In this document: positions 1-19,321 of the stretch, one piece after another
How positions within the stretch are numbered: position 1 is the stretch's first letter
Layout of the letters: the number at the start of each line of letters is the position of its first letter
DNA from: Macrostomum hystrix
Taxonomy: Eukaryota; Animalia; Platyhelminthes
Assembly: GCA_950097015.1 (NCBI GenBank)
Contig: CATNEN010000003.1
Coordinates: 1,922,001 to 1,986,000 of the forward strand
Length of the DNA stretch: 64,000 nt
Reading direction: 5' to 3'
Position numbers and translations under genes: made by a program
Notes under the pieces: model-generated
The model's database searches: none
What the model saw: only the letters and a program-made list of their open reading frames with translations
Told to the model about the DNA's origin: nothing

Positions 1-239
1 CCAGATGGTGAAGCTGGCAGAGCGTGCAGCAGGCGCTGATAGGAGGCGCGCAGACTCTGCCGACGACGTTTCTCAAGACGATTGTGATGAGTCCGTCTGG
101 CGTCCTCAGCTCGATCTCCGGTGAGCTGGGCACCAGCGGGAACAACGGCCAATTCGAGGTCGTCCTCCAGCTCATCGTCATCTTCGGCGTCCTCTTCGAA
201 GCCATCCATTAGGTCGAGATCGTTATCGTAGTCTTGCAT
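1..239 (-). CDS. bHLH(-Zip) transcription factor of the Max/Myc/Mxd network, 5' part (runs off the window start)
   Basis: The minus strand from ATG at 239 reads MQDYDNDLDLMDGFEEDAEDDDELEDDLELAVVPAGAQLTGDRAEDARRTHHNRLEKRRRQSLRASYQRLLHALPASPS. The acidic N-terminus followed by HHNxLEKRRR..L..S...L...LP matches the Max/Myc-type basic region and helix 1. Not in the supplied ORF track. Confidence 0.8.
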   Translation of the reverse strand, partial: MQDYDNDLDLMDGFEEDAEDDDELEDDLELAVVPAGAQLTGDRAEDARRTHHNRLEKRRRQSLRASYQRLLHALPASPS

Positions 240-1329
240 TGTTTGATAATATCTTGTGCTGAAATATTGAAAAAAAGCTTAAATCCATTCTTTCGATACA
301 TATCGGTACATTTAGGTTTTTCAATACATATCGCTTCCTAAATGTTTTAGACACATACTGGCAAGCGAAAATTTCTTCGATTTTAAGTAGGAACGCTGTG
401 CACATGTGAATTTTAAACAAAAAACCTATGGCAGAACATTAAAGAAAGCATATTTCTAGCTGGTATTCATAAAAGGAAATAGTATATTTGAAAACTCCAT
501 TATCATTGTGAATAATGATGTGAACGAGCGGAAACCATTAAGTTAAAGAACTGCACAAGATTTTAACATTTGGTAAAATAATAAATAGCCACGATGCAAA
601 AAATTAAAAAAGTATTTTTAACCGGTAAATGATTAATTATGCTAAAACACTTGACAACTAAAAATACTGTCCAAACTGCATTAGTTAGCAGGTAGATGTT
701 ACCAGACTAGCTTTATCAACAAAAAAAGCTGGAAAAAAGATTGTTGGAATTGTTGTTGGATTGTTGGAATTTTTATTCTGAAACGTTTTGAACTAAGCAA
801 CATACGGTAAATGATAAAAGCATCATGCAACGAGCAGAAAAAAACAGTCCCAAATTAGATTTATGTAAGATTTTTTATATTTATTTTATTAAATTTGTGA
901 AAAGGAAACTTTTTTTCTAAACATACTACTTACGTCGATGACGATTATAGGTAGTAACAATAGCGTTTTGCATTGACAATTTCTACAAAGCATTTAAAAA
1001 GAAAAGAATGCGACCAAAAACATAGGAAGCTAAAAGGTTATAAAATTTAATTTTATTGCGAATGCATAAGTGTTTACAGACAAGGAAAAACACGACAAGC
1101 TGAATGATAATTTAGCCAGCCAGCGCTGAGAAAAAACATTATAGAAATCAAAGACGTAAGAAGGTGTGATATTAAGTTTGAAAAAATGATATAATGCATA
1201 AAAGAACATATTGATATCGTAATTTCATTATATGCTATTTTTCCATAACGTAGGTCTACACGTTTATCGACTGTCAATGTGTGTACTAGAAGTTGCTTCA
1301 TGTCCTTAGGAGTGAACTTTGAGGGTAGA

Positions 1330-1590
1330 TGTTCCTACGGATGGAGTGTACATTGACTGGGTAGTAGCTGCCTAAGGGAGTGTAAATTAAAGGGGTAGGG
1401 GTTGCTTCGGGGAGTGTACATTGGGGGGTAGGGGTTGCTTCGCGGAATGTACATTAAAGGGGTAGGGGTTGCTTCGCGGAATGTACATTAAAGGGGTAGG
1501 GGTTGCTTCGGGGAGTGCACATTGAGGGATAGGGGTTGCTTCGGGGAGTGTACATAGGGGGTAGGCGTTGCTCTGGATGGAGTCTACCTA
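1330..1590. repeat. Short G-rich tandem array, 33-34-bp unit (GGGGTAGGGGTTGCTTCGGGGAGTGTACATT..), ~6-7 copies
   Basis: GTTGCTTC recurs at 1401, 1434, 1468, 1502 and 1535, with degenerate copies at both edges. Confidence 0.85.
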
Positions 1591-2351
1591 CATCGATTAG
1601 TAGGAATCCTAAGATTAAGACAAAACTTGTAAAAAATTGGTAGCTCTCAAAAATATTTATATTTTGCACGAGAGTAACACAAACGGAACCACAGACAGTC
1701 TCTCTTCAAAACATTTGTAAAATAGCTAAAAAGGTGCGAAATATAAAAACTTTATTTATAAACTAAAATTTACATCCACTGAAGTGGCAGAGGCGACTTC
1801 TGATAAAAGCGAAAACCAGACTAGAAAACTAACAGACCATTTTCGCAAGCTTCGTTGCTTTTTCTTCACTACGACAGCACTTCCATTTTAAGTCTTGCTT
1901 GTTGAATTAAAAAAGAAAATGTTCACAAAGCCAATATGCTATAAAATGCAGCGATAAAAAAACTAATAAAAATTCGGTCAACAAAATAGAAACAGCTGTA
2001 ATGAAAGTACTAGTATATTAATAATTGTTACATAAAATTAGATTAAAAAAACTAATCTAAAACAGCAATAGCTTGTTTTATTTCCCTTACAGAACTTCTT
2101 ATTTATATTTCTACTCATTAAACACAAGACAGTAAATGCATTGGCATCAGGTTTTGGTGTGAATTAAGACTACCTCATTTCTCTCTCCCCCTGATAAATC
2201 AGAGATTCTACCCTCGACCCCTAATCCTAATCCTGACTCTCCCTTCTCCTAATAATAATTCAGTGAGAGATAATCGGAATTATTCCAAATGCCCCTCTAA
2301 TCCTTCAGAGGCATATTCTCCCCTCTCCTAATCCTTTAACAGTAGAAAAAC

Positions 2352-2705
2352 CCAAGGGGCATTTCAAATATCCCCATTTTTAATATTTTTCTGTATCTCC
2401 CAAATTATTAAACCAATCGCCATGAAAATCCACAACATTTTCCGCTCTATCCGATGAGACAACTTCCATAAACACAAAACATCGGCATCGTCGAGATGTT
2501 CAACGATTCACGTCGTGGTGTCTGGAGGAAAAAACAAAATCAGGCAAAAAATATTTTGATCATGTCGGCTATCATTGTTGACACAATTTTAATTTGATCA
2601 AATTATAATTTTTCATTTTTTAATTAATATGGATGGCTTTCACGAAAATCTGTCATTCGGTTTGGGAGCTATCGTGAATTAGGCTCTATTTAAAATACCC
2701 CGTGG
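2352..2705. mobile_element. Possible old non-autonomous DNA transposon (MITE-like)
   Basis: Imperfect inverted ends: CCAAGGGGCATTTCAAATA (2352-2370) versus the reverse complement of 2687-2705, CCACGGGGTATTTTAAATA (16/19 match). No TSD seen. Confidence 0.3.
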
Positions 2706-2939
2706 TCCTTCCCCGGGGGGATTAGCGTGGTCGTTATTAATGACTTACTGTTAATGAGCAATTGTCTCCCCCCTAATCCATTTATTGATTATCCTTTTCA
2801 CCTAAAGAATCAGCTGATAAGAAAACTATTATCATATTATCAGTTTTTAGACTTCTATATCGATACTAAAGCTTTTGAATTATTCACTTTCTATTTCCTA
2901 GTCCACGCTGCAATTGTCCAAAAACTAGCTGTCAATCAA

Positions 2940-3821
2940 TTAAATTGGAGCTGTCACGCGTCCATTACAATCGTTGCGCACCTTTTCTTCAAAGAGGTGC
3001 AGAGCTAGTTCTCTGCCAGCCAGACAATTGCAATGAATAATGTACTCCCTTAGTTGGCCAATTTCTAGTCCTGCAAGGGCGTCAGATTCAGCCGAATGCA
3101 AAGGCTCCTTGGACCAATGATTGCCGACCCAGTGCTGACTTCCCGAGTGACGATGCCGTGGACTTTCCAAATCCGACATGTTCAACTGGTGCAGCCTAAC
3201 TGAAGGCAAATCAGTATTCGCCAAATCCGGCTCTGAATTTGGCGAAGCTGTGACAATAACCAAACTGCCAGTTAAAGATTCGAGGCTTTGAAAATCGTTG
3301 ATATCGACAATATCCGTACCAATAAGACGAAAACATCGTCCCATTGGTGGCCAATTAGCGAATACTTCAATGTCTTTAGCGTCAGATTCAGCGTTCCGAT
3401 CAGGTAGGAAAAATTTACGACAATATTCAATGCCAACTGACACTTCCAATGGCTGGCCATTAACTGGACAAGAGAAATCTAACAGACGAACTGTCAGCTG
3501 TTCATTACCACCAATGGAATTTTTATTTGCAACTTCAATTAAACGAGCCCTGACAAATCGTCCGGTAGCTACTGGCAAGCTTTGAGGAGCGCGGATCACA
3601 AGCAGATCACCAGTTACTAAACTGCTCAGCGATTCAATAGGAATTAGACTAGCCAAGGTACCGCCTAGTAAGCGGGCTTCTGCAGCAGCGAACTCCGCCA
3701 CAAACTGGCTAGACTGGGCGGATGCAAAGCCGCACAATGTCAAAGTTGGCGCCGGTGTTGGAACAGCCAATTGAGGGGGCAAAAGACGATGAAATGAGGT
3801 TATATGAACAAACCAGCGCAT
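2940..3821 (-). CDS. Intronless 293-aa protein with an extended-Tudor-like domain
   Basis: Long open frame. F-VRARLIEV...LTVRLLDF resembles the Tudor core (W.RA.I....V...D.G), and WPPMGRCFRLIG resembles the LP.QA..C.L.G motif that follows extended Tudor domains. A splice-acceptor-like TTTCAG lies ~46 nt upstream of the ATG. Confidence 0.6.
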   Translation of the reverse strand: MRWFVHITSFHRLLPPQLAVPTPAPTLTLCGFASAQSSQFVAEFAAAEARLLGGTLASLIPIESLSSLVTGDLLVIRAPQSLPVATGRFVRARLIEVANKNSIGGNEQLTVRLLDFSCPVNGQPLEVSVGIEYCRKFFLPDRNAESDAKDIEVFANWPPMGRCFRLIGTDIVDINDFQSLESLTGSLVIVTASPNSEPDLANTDLPSVRLHQLNMSDLESPRHRHSGSQHWVGNHWSKEPLHSAESDALAGLEIGQLREYIIHCNCLAGRELALHLFEEKVRNDCNGRVTAPI

Positions 3822-4842
3822 TGTTTATATTTTTACTATGTTTATTTTTAAAGCACAAAAATTGATCTGAAATGAATGTTTAAAAAAGCAATCAATTAGT
3901 TTCTTTAACAATAAGCTAGGTCGAGAGTTCGAATGAAAATTATTTGTATCCTTTAGCAAAAAACTTGACTACCTATTGCTTAAGTTTATGTTGATGAAAA
4001 AAGTAATACAATAGGCCCATATTTTATTTATATTATTGTACTCACTTCATTATAATCACGGACATAATAGGGATGTGATAGTGATTTAGGTATATAGGGA
4101 TTGGGTAGGTCATTTTGCCAGCTTACACATTTTAGAAGGCCTAATATATTGTTGTTTATACTGCAACAATTTAAGTAGGCTCTAAGTCTACTTTAAACAA
4201 GACACTTAACTCTGCATTACTTTGGTTTACTGGGGTAATTGAGGGTAGGTTTGGTGTCCCCCCAGTCCATGGCAAAATACAAAGCAAACAAGACAAAAAT
4301 GAAGCCTCTAGATAAAAGTAAAAATATATTAATCCTCAATCCTGTCATTGATAAGATACAAGTGCCAGGGGCGTAGCTAGGGGGGGGGCAAGGGGGGCCG
4401 CGGCCCCCCCCAAACGGCTGGCGAACTTTGCGGCGCCCCCCAGCCTCAGCCGCGATGGCGCCCCCCCACCCGTCCTCCACAGACATACTTTTGTGGCCCC
4501 TCAAGCCATCCTCCTTGCCCTATGTACAGTAGGCCCACTGATAAGGCATCACTCCACTCACTTGCTGTGTTAGAAAATGAGGGAAGGGGTAATAAAACTG
4601 ATGTGTATAGTATAGCAAAGTGCGTTTTGGGTTTGGGGTCTGTAGGAGGAGGGGGTCGGAGGTCTGGTCTTTGTCTGTGAGGTTAGGTCTGTATAGTATT
4701 AGCGGAGGGCGCTGTGGGAGGAGGAGAGGTTGGGGTTGGGGACTGCGGTTGCTTAAGCAATTTTAAAGCCACGCTAGAGCAACACTGGCTGCACATAATC
4801 TGACCGTGCTAACTTTATTCTTTAGCTGTTACACGTTTGATA

Positions 4843-7800
4843 ATGGAAAACAACATTGGGGCATCAGCTGTCCCTGCACAAGCATGCGTGGCTTCAAGCA
4901 ACAAGAGGAAGCGTTCCGGAGCAGAAAATCGCCGTCAGAAGCAAGCAAAGAAACTAAAGGCTAGCGCTTCAGGCTGCATGAAACTAACGTCTATGTTTGA
5001 GTCAAGAAAAGACCGAACAGAAAGCAGGGCTGCTGGCGCCCATGCTGCCGGTGACGGCGCCCTTGCTCCCTGTGACGGCGCCCATGGTGCCTGTGACGGC
5101 GCCCTTGCTGCCGGTGACGGCGCCCTTGCTGCCTGTGGCGGCGTCCTTGCTCCCTGTGACGGCGCCCATGGTGCGTGTGACGGCGCCCTTGCTGCCGGTG
5201 ACGGCGCCCTTGCTCCCTGTGACAACGCCCATGGTGCCTGTGACGGCGCCCTTGCTGCCGGTGACGGCGCCCTTGCTGCCTGTGGCGGCGCCCTTGCTGC
5301 TGGCGCCCTTGCTGCCGGTGACGGCGCCCTTGCTGCTGGCGCCCTTGCTGCCGGTGACGGCGCCCATGCTGCCGGTGACGGCACCCTTGCTGCTGGCGCC
5401 CTTGCTGCCGGTGACGGCGCCCATGCTGCCGGTGACGGCGCCCTTGCTGCTGGCGCCCTTGCTGCCGGTGACGGCGCCCATGCTGCCGGTGACGGCGCCC
5501 TTGCTGCTGGCGCCTTTGCTGCCGGTGACGGCGCCCATGCTGCCGGTGACGGCGCCCATTGCTGCTGGCGCCCTTGCTGCCGGTGACGGCGCCCATGCTG
5601 CCGGTGACGGCGCCCTTGCTGCTGGCGCCTTTGCTGCCGGTGACGGCGCCCATGCTGCCGGTGACGGCGCCCTTGCTGCTGGCGCCCTTGCTGCCGGTGA
5701 CGGCGCCCATGCTGCCGGTGACGGCGCCCTTGCTCCCTGTGACGGCACCCTTGCTGCTAGCGCCCTTGCTCCCTGTGACGGCGCCCATGCTGCCTGTGAC
5801 GGCGCCCATGCTGCTGGCGCTCATGCTGCTGGCGCCCATGCTGCTGGCGCCCATGCTGCTGGCGCCAATGCTGCTGGTGATGGTGCCCATGCTACCGATG
5901 CACCCCTCGCAGATATTGGCCTTGCAGTACAAAAGATGCATATGTTGTCAAGTGAGGAACGCAGTAATTTTTGTGAGCCATGGAGCCCTCTTCATGAAAA
6001 TGACTATCCTTTTTCGCTGCATCAAGTGCAAGGGCGGTCACGTAAGAGAAAGCTGCTGCCCGTGCATCTTAAGCGATTTCCTTGGTTGTCGGTGAGTAAA
6101 GTGGCTGGACTAGAGGGAGCATTCTGTACACCATGTGTTCTGTTTTCCTCGGCCACAGGTGTTGGTGGCCGCACTAATGGTTGTGGGCAGCAAGCCGGTG
6201 CACTTGTTCGAAAGCCTCTGAAGAGGTTTGATGACTTAACTGGAAAGAAGGGCGTGCTTTCACTGCATGAGAAAAGCGATTACCACAAGAAAAGCGCTGA
6301 AAAAATGGACGAGTTTTTGAGACGCACTCACAAGGGAGAAAGTGCGCAAGACATTCGATCGCAGCTCAAGACCGCAAGGCAGCAGGAGATCATGAAGAAT
6401 CGCGCAGGTCTAATCCCAATAATTGATTCTGTTCTGACGTGTGCTCGCCAGAACATCGCACTCCGTGGTCACCGCGGAGAGAATCAGCCACTGCAGCTGG
6501 ATGCTGGAGAGCCTGAAAAAAATGATGGAAACTTTCGGGCGCTGCTGCGTTTCCGAGCTCGAGGAGGCGATGCTGCTCTTTCTAACCATGTGAGCCAATC
6601 TTCTGCCAATGCAACTTATCTGTCTCCACAGATTCAGAATGAAGTCTTGGATGTTGCATTGAAATTAATTCGAGAGAAGGTCGTAATGCGTGTTCAACGT
6701 GCCGAATGCTGGGCTCTAATAGTTGATGAGACAATGGATCTGCAGAAGAGAGAGCAACTTGTCATTGTTGCCCGCTATCTGTCTGATGCTACTGACGGCT
6801 CTGTGCAGCAGAATGAGGACCCAGTGGCAATGCTAGACCTTGTATCCGACATCGCTGGCGGTATCGACTCATGGGAAGATGTTCGGCTAAGTGGCGAGAA
6901 CATCGCTGCAGCAATTGTTCGCCGGCTGGAGGTGCTGGGGCTTAATCTCACTAGATGCGTGGCTCAGTGTTATGATGGTGCCTCTGCAATGGCCAGTGAG
7001 AGAGTGGGTGTTGCTGCACACATTCGGAGACAAGCTCCCCAGGCCGACTACTTCCACTGCATGGCCCATTGGCTAAATCTGAGTGCAGTGCGTGCCGTTA
7101 AAGTCCCGACTGTCAGGAACTCGCTCGGAGTCATTCAAGAAGTTGTTGCCGCATTTCGGTCAAGTAGCAAAAAGACATTCCTACTAAAGCAGATAATTGA
7201 AGAGTCAAATGAGACTGTCGGATCAAAGCGGCAGCTTGCGAGTCTGTGTGAGACGCGGTTTTTGGAACGACACACTTCCATCGTCACGTTTCGGCAACTT
7301 TTCAATCACGTTGTGCATGCGCTGGAAGAAATGAAGACCTGGCAAGGATCAGATGCGGCTCGATCAGCGACAACTCTGCATGCTGCAGTTCACAATTTCG
7401 AGTTCATTGTTGGAATGATCATCCTTGAGAACCTTGCCGGCTTACTACTGCCAGTGTCGAGGCGACTTCAAGCTGCAGACAATGAGCTTGTCGAAGCTGT
7501 CCGTGAGGTGAAAGAACTGCTGTCAGCGCTGGAGTCAATGCGAAGCGAGCAGCAGTTTCACGAGTTGTTTAGGGAAGCGCGGGCTCTCGCTCTTCAACTT
7601 GACATTGATCAGAAAATTCCTCGCCAAGGACGCCACGTTGCACGTTTTCAGACGGCGCAAGTGGCGCAGGCGCAGACGCAGCCCACCACCACTAGTGCCG
7701 AGGATCACTACAGAACTTCTGTGTACTTTCCGGCAGTGGATGCTATAGCAGCCGACATCATGCTACGGTTTGGAGTGCCACAGCAGCGTGCCTTCAATCT

Positions 7801-8263
7801 CAGCTGTCTGCTGCCAGTGAACTTTGATGACTCAAAGCTGGACGCGCAGCTAACCTCTGTGCAAGAAGCAGCAGAGAAGTACTGCAGCCTGCTGATGGAT
7901 CCGTTCGTTGTTGTAAAGCAGGAGTACGAGCCGTATATACTATGGCGACAACAGTGGTCAACAGTCGCTGCTGAACATCGTCCGGGTACAGCGGTACTAG
8001 CCTTGCGAGCCTGTAGGAAAGTTAAGTTTCCAAACATGTACCGCCTACTGGCTGTCTATGCTACTCTGCCTGTGTCGACCTGCGAGCCGGAGAGAGTATT
8101 TTCAAAGCTGAAGCAGACATTGACATGTTGTCGGAGCACAATGGGTGAGGGACGCTTGGAATCTGTGCTTCTACTTCAGTGTCACCGAGCTGACTGCCCT
8201 AGACCAGCAGAGGTTCTGGACTTGTTTGCCACATCGGCTCGTCGATTGAAGTTGCTTCTTTAA
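4843..8263 (+). CDS. hAT transposase (~1139 aa after removing one extra base at ~5558)
   Basis: N-terminal KRKRSGAENRRQK; TTF-type zinc finger (FPWL..GAFCTPC..H..S.YH); DUF4371-type LRGH/GNFRALL/YLSPQIQNE; catalytic IVDETMD and QCYDGAS; CxxH (HCMAHWLNL); dimerization TLPVSTCEPERVFSKL. ORFs 4837-5586 and 4997-8263 join by a +1 shift at GGCGCCCATTGCT (5551-5563). Confidence 0.93.
5030..5895 (+). repeat. GC-rich 15/21-bp tandem expansion inside the transposase ORF (encodes Ala/Gly-rich AAGDGAL/AAGAL units)
   Basis: GCTGCCGGTGACGGCGCCCTT and GCTGCTGGCGCCCTT variants repeated over ~860 bp. Confidence 0.95.
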
Positions 8264-10959
8264 GAAGCTCCACATTGCATGCAGTGACACACTTTCTCAT
8301 ATGATCTCTCACTGATCATTGACTGATTCAAGTCAACCTCGCGCTGTCGCACATTCTAATTTATTTTTCTCAGTGTTCTCAACTGCTTTTATACTTTTGA
8401 AAATTCCGTAAAGTGCAGTAATAAAAAATGGTGACTACGATCGAACATGTATTTTGCAATTTCATTTAACAGTGTTCGTTGCCCAAAAGTGAAGATATTG
8501 GTCAATGAAATATGCACATTGACATTTGATAAGAGTTCTTTCTTGCTCAGAGATGGGTAAAATTGCGCTCCTAAAATTAAAATATTGGCGCCCCCCTGGG
8601 AAGCGGCCCCCCCCAATAAGAAATCCTGGCTACGCCCCTGACAAGTGCAGCCTACAAAATCTGAGCCAGCTATGAATTTGTTTTCCCCTTATCTGCAACT
8701 TTATTAGTTTGTTTAATTGCTCTATTAATGACTTAATAATAAAAGTCCAATGCTTTGACCTAAGTTTCACATTTCTGTCTTCTCTTTTTGTCTTTTCTTT
8801 GTCCTTTGGTCTCGCCTTTGAGTTAATTGGAGTCCAATAAATTTTTTATTTACTTTACTTGGCGTTTGTTTCACTAACCTGTGTCAATTAAGCTAGGAGT
8901 TATGCATAACTGATAGATAATTAATTTATTTAATTGCTATAGAATTGAGGCCCAGCAATGGACCTGCAATACTGACCTTCCATTCCATTTCAACTTAAGC
9001 TTACACCATAAAGGCCTACCTGAAACTAGTGTCAATAGCCATAGGTCTCCATAACTCACCACAATAGAACTCTAGGTGCAATGAACTAAAATTGAAGCTA
9101 AAAATATAGCCCAATAGATTTCCCAATTAGGTAAAAAATATACAGACACAATGCTTTCACTATTAATCTATTATATATGCCAAATAAGATGTGTAAGCAG
9201 AATGTAAGCCCTAGAGTTCTACTGTACAGATATGGCTACAGGAAAATGCTATACTCTAATAGGGTACAGATAGGCTATAGATATTCGAAACTTTTGGTTA
9301 GGCCTATGGTAGAACTCTAGAGTCAAGTAAGCCATAGGGATCTACTTAATATAGACCAAATAAGCTAAATCAATAAATCTGCAACTTGCAACTTGCTGTA
9401 AATGTTTTGTTTAAATGCATTGTAATTATCATGTTTAAATTGATTTTTTTTGCATAAATACAGGAGCAGAATTGAGGGAAAAACTGATACTTGTTAAACA
9501 TTGTTTTATACAAAGTTTGTATACAGTATTCAGAAGTGTTCATTAATTCTTTATAAAATAATTTGGAGACAAATACTAAGAAGAATTCAAAACAAAGAAG
9601 TAGAAAGTACTGCTGTTCAGTTGAAATCATTGGTAACACTCTTTGGAAAGCCTATACTCTGCAATACTACATACAACTAAGTAATCAGCCAGAATAACTA
9701 AATATATACACTACCAGATTAACAGAAAATATGCCACTTACAAAATTATTTTAAATATATAAAATGCATTGTCAAAGAATAGTTCTAAGAAAATAATATA
9801 AATACTTAAACAATGTATTAAAATTTCTCTGTAACAACTTTGATCCCGTTGTGAAAATAAAGTTAAAATAGGCCTAGTAATTAGGCATAACCCAAGGACA
9901 ACTTTAGTGACATCATATACGTCATGCAGCTACATGCAAGCTAGCTATTTTTGGATTATTAGGAACAAAATGGTTAAAATAGAACCTAAATCAAAAACTT
10001 TTTAAAGCGACAAAACAAAACTATCTAACCAGCATTTTGTACTTCGACTAGGGCTTAATTTATCATTGACGACGCCAATAATAAACATAGGTAAATATAG
10101 AGTCGCAAATTGATTACTGCTAAGGCCTAGTGTCAGTTAAAAGACATAAAAACTTATTATAGGGCCTACACCTATTCAGGGCAAGCTTAGATTGCAAAAT
10201 ATCTAAGTGATAAGTTTTCGATATTGTATGTTTGTAGATTGATTGCACACATGACAGACAGTTAGCCTAAAACTTAATACGTTACTACGTCGAAGTTTGA
10301 AAGTTTGAAAGCAAGCGACAGAATACAATTACGAGCATTAAGTGGTTTTTCAGGGATGAAAATATGTGAGTTTTCTGTTGAAATATTGAAAATAGCATTA
10401 AGCCAAGCTCACATATATTAGTAGCTTTTTGGTTTACTGAAATGTATATAGTTTTAATTGAGTTTTGAAATATGTTTAAATATTAGAGTTAACGGCTAAT
10501 GCATGAACGTCACACTCAGATGACCCGAGTCGATAAACAATATAGAAATATTAGCACAATTCATAAAACTTGAAACTCCCATCTCGAACGTTTTTGAAGG
10601 AAAAATATTTTATCTTAGCCGAGTGTTTGAATCTGAAAATTCGTAGAAGTCATCATGTTTCGTTCAATGTAGAAATTTAGCATAAGTGGATCATATATAT
10701 ACCAACCGCGGCGGGTACATACACTTTGTCAATCCATGGAGCTATAAAAGTGTCTTTTAAAAGTGCAGCCTTAAATAAAAACGAAGCTGAGCGGGTGGTT
10801 TGTGGGTTCTATGGCTCGAAGTGCAGTATTATATCACATGGAAACACATGGAAGCGTTATAAAATTCCAGCCTTTATTCTATGATGATTTCTATCAGAAG
10901 TTATAGTTGCAATAAATTAACCATGCAGTCTCGTTCTTAGCAACATCCATTCCCAAAAC

Positions 10960-17780
<6,821 letters not shown>

Positions 17781-17809
17781 TTATAGATGTACTTGTCTCT
17801 TTGCAACCC

Positions 17810-18675
17810 TATTCTTCCCTGTCACTTTTAATCTCATTATCCCATGTCTCTCTTTTAATCCCATTATCCCTTGTCTCTCTTTTAATTCCATTATCCCCTG
17901 TCTCTCTTTTAATTCCATTATCCCCTGTCTCTCTTTTAATCCCATTATCCCCTGTCACTGTTTTAATCCCATTATCCCTTGTCTCTCTTTTAATTCCATT
18001 ATCCCCTGTCACTGTTTTAATCTCATTATCCCATGTCTCTCTTTTAATCCCATTATCCCTTGTCTCTCTTTTAATTCCATTATCCCCTGTCTCTCTTTTA
18101 ATCCCATTATCCCCTGTCACTGTTTTAATCCCATTATCCCTTGTCTCTCTTTTAATTCCATTATCCCCTGTCTCTCTTTTAATCCCATTATCCCCTGTCT
18201 CTCTTTTAATCCCATTATCCCCTGTCTCTCTTTTAATCCCATTATCCCCTGTCTCTCTTTTAATTCCATTATCCCCTGTCACTCTTTCAATCCCATTATC
18301 CCCTGTCTCTGTTTTAACTCCATTCTCCCTAAATCTCTATTTTAATCCCATTCTCCCATTATATCTTTTTTTAATAAATTTCTCCATAATTCTTTATTTT
18401 AAACCCATTCTCCTAAAATATCTTCTTTAATCGCATTCTCCCATAATCTCTCTTTTAATCCCATTCTCCCATAAACTCTCTTTTAATCCCATTCTCCCAT
18501 AAACTCTATTTTAATCCCATTCTCCCGAAATCTCTATTTTAATCCCATTCTCCCGAAATCTCTATTTTAATCCCTTTCTCCCTAAATCTCTATTTTAATC
18601 CCATTCTCCCGAAATCTCTATTTTAATCCCTTTCTCCCTAAATCTCTATTTTAATCCCATTCTCCCATAATCTCT
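17810..18675. repeat. Pyrimidine-rich 27-28-bp tandem array (TCTCTCTTTTAATCCCATTATCCCCTG and variant) just after the stop codon
   Basis: Tandem units beginning ~30 bp after TGA 17780; a second variant block lies at ~18420-18675. Confidence 0.95.
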
Positions 18676-19321
18676 CGTCTTAATTTTGTACGCATTGTCG
18701 TCCGCTCTTTTTAAAAAATCAAATTTCCCTATCTTTACCCGCAATCTACCGAATCCTGTCTAAAGTCACAATGTTAGGATATACATTGTTTATTCTATTC
18801 TCTCTGCCACTCGTTCTGTTAATCATATCGCTTTAAATATTTTCTACCTTGTTCTGAAATTGAGTGGGCCGTCGGTTCAAGTAGACTGTAGGTATAATTT
18901 TTTTAGTTAATAGTAAAAATAGTCATTTCTTTCAACAGCACTTTTAGTTTCTTTTTAACACGTATAAAATTTTACTTCATAAATGTCAGGCGTATGTAAG
19001 TCATTCTGAGGTCAACTTTATTTTTGCATTTCGTTACTCAGCTTTGACTACATTGCTGATACTCTTACTGTCAAATCTGTAGATAGTAAATAATTCAATA
19101 ATTCAATATAAAGAACAGAAAAACTTTTTAAGTCGCATTTGAATAGTTACTGAATTCTGTAAATTTACTACTGACAATTCTGGCAATTGATAAGTAGCAT
19201 GAATAGCAAATATCAAAGTTTTATCTGACAGGGTTAACAAAAAAACGTAATTTTCAATTAGTTTTATTCAATTTATGGTATTAATGATGGAAAATACCTA
19301 CGTTGGCTTTTCGATTATAAA

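Larger units (their letters stand above)
4366..8640 (+). mobile_element. Full-length hAT DNA transposon (Tip100/ZMYM1/THAP12-like group), 4,275 bp
   Basis: TIRs CAGGGGCGTAGCTAGG (4366-4381) and the reverse complement of 8625-8640, CAGGGGCGTAGCCAGG (15/16 match). Perfect 8-bp TSD ACAAGTGC at 4358-4365 and 8641-8648. Contains an internal transposase ORF. Confidence 0.97.

Noticed and set aside
4935-6095. Overlapping and antisense ORFs in the transposase repeat; programmed frameshift
   Set aside because: These are by-products of a GC-rich 3n repeat. There is no slippery heptamer at the shift site, so a single-base indel explains it.
8650-10900. Possible genes in the AT-rich region after the hAT (e.g. 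ORF 9370-9639)
   Set aside because: Short AT-rich ORFs with no recognisable motifs or coherent splice chain.
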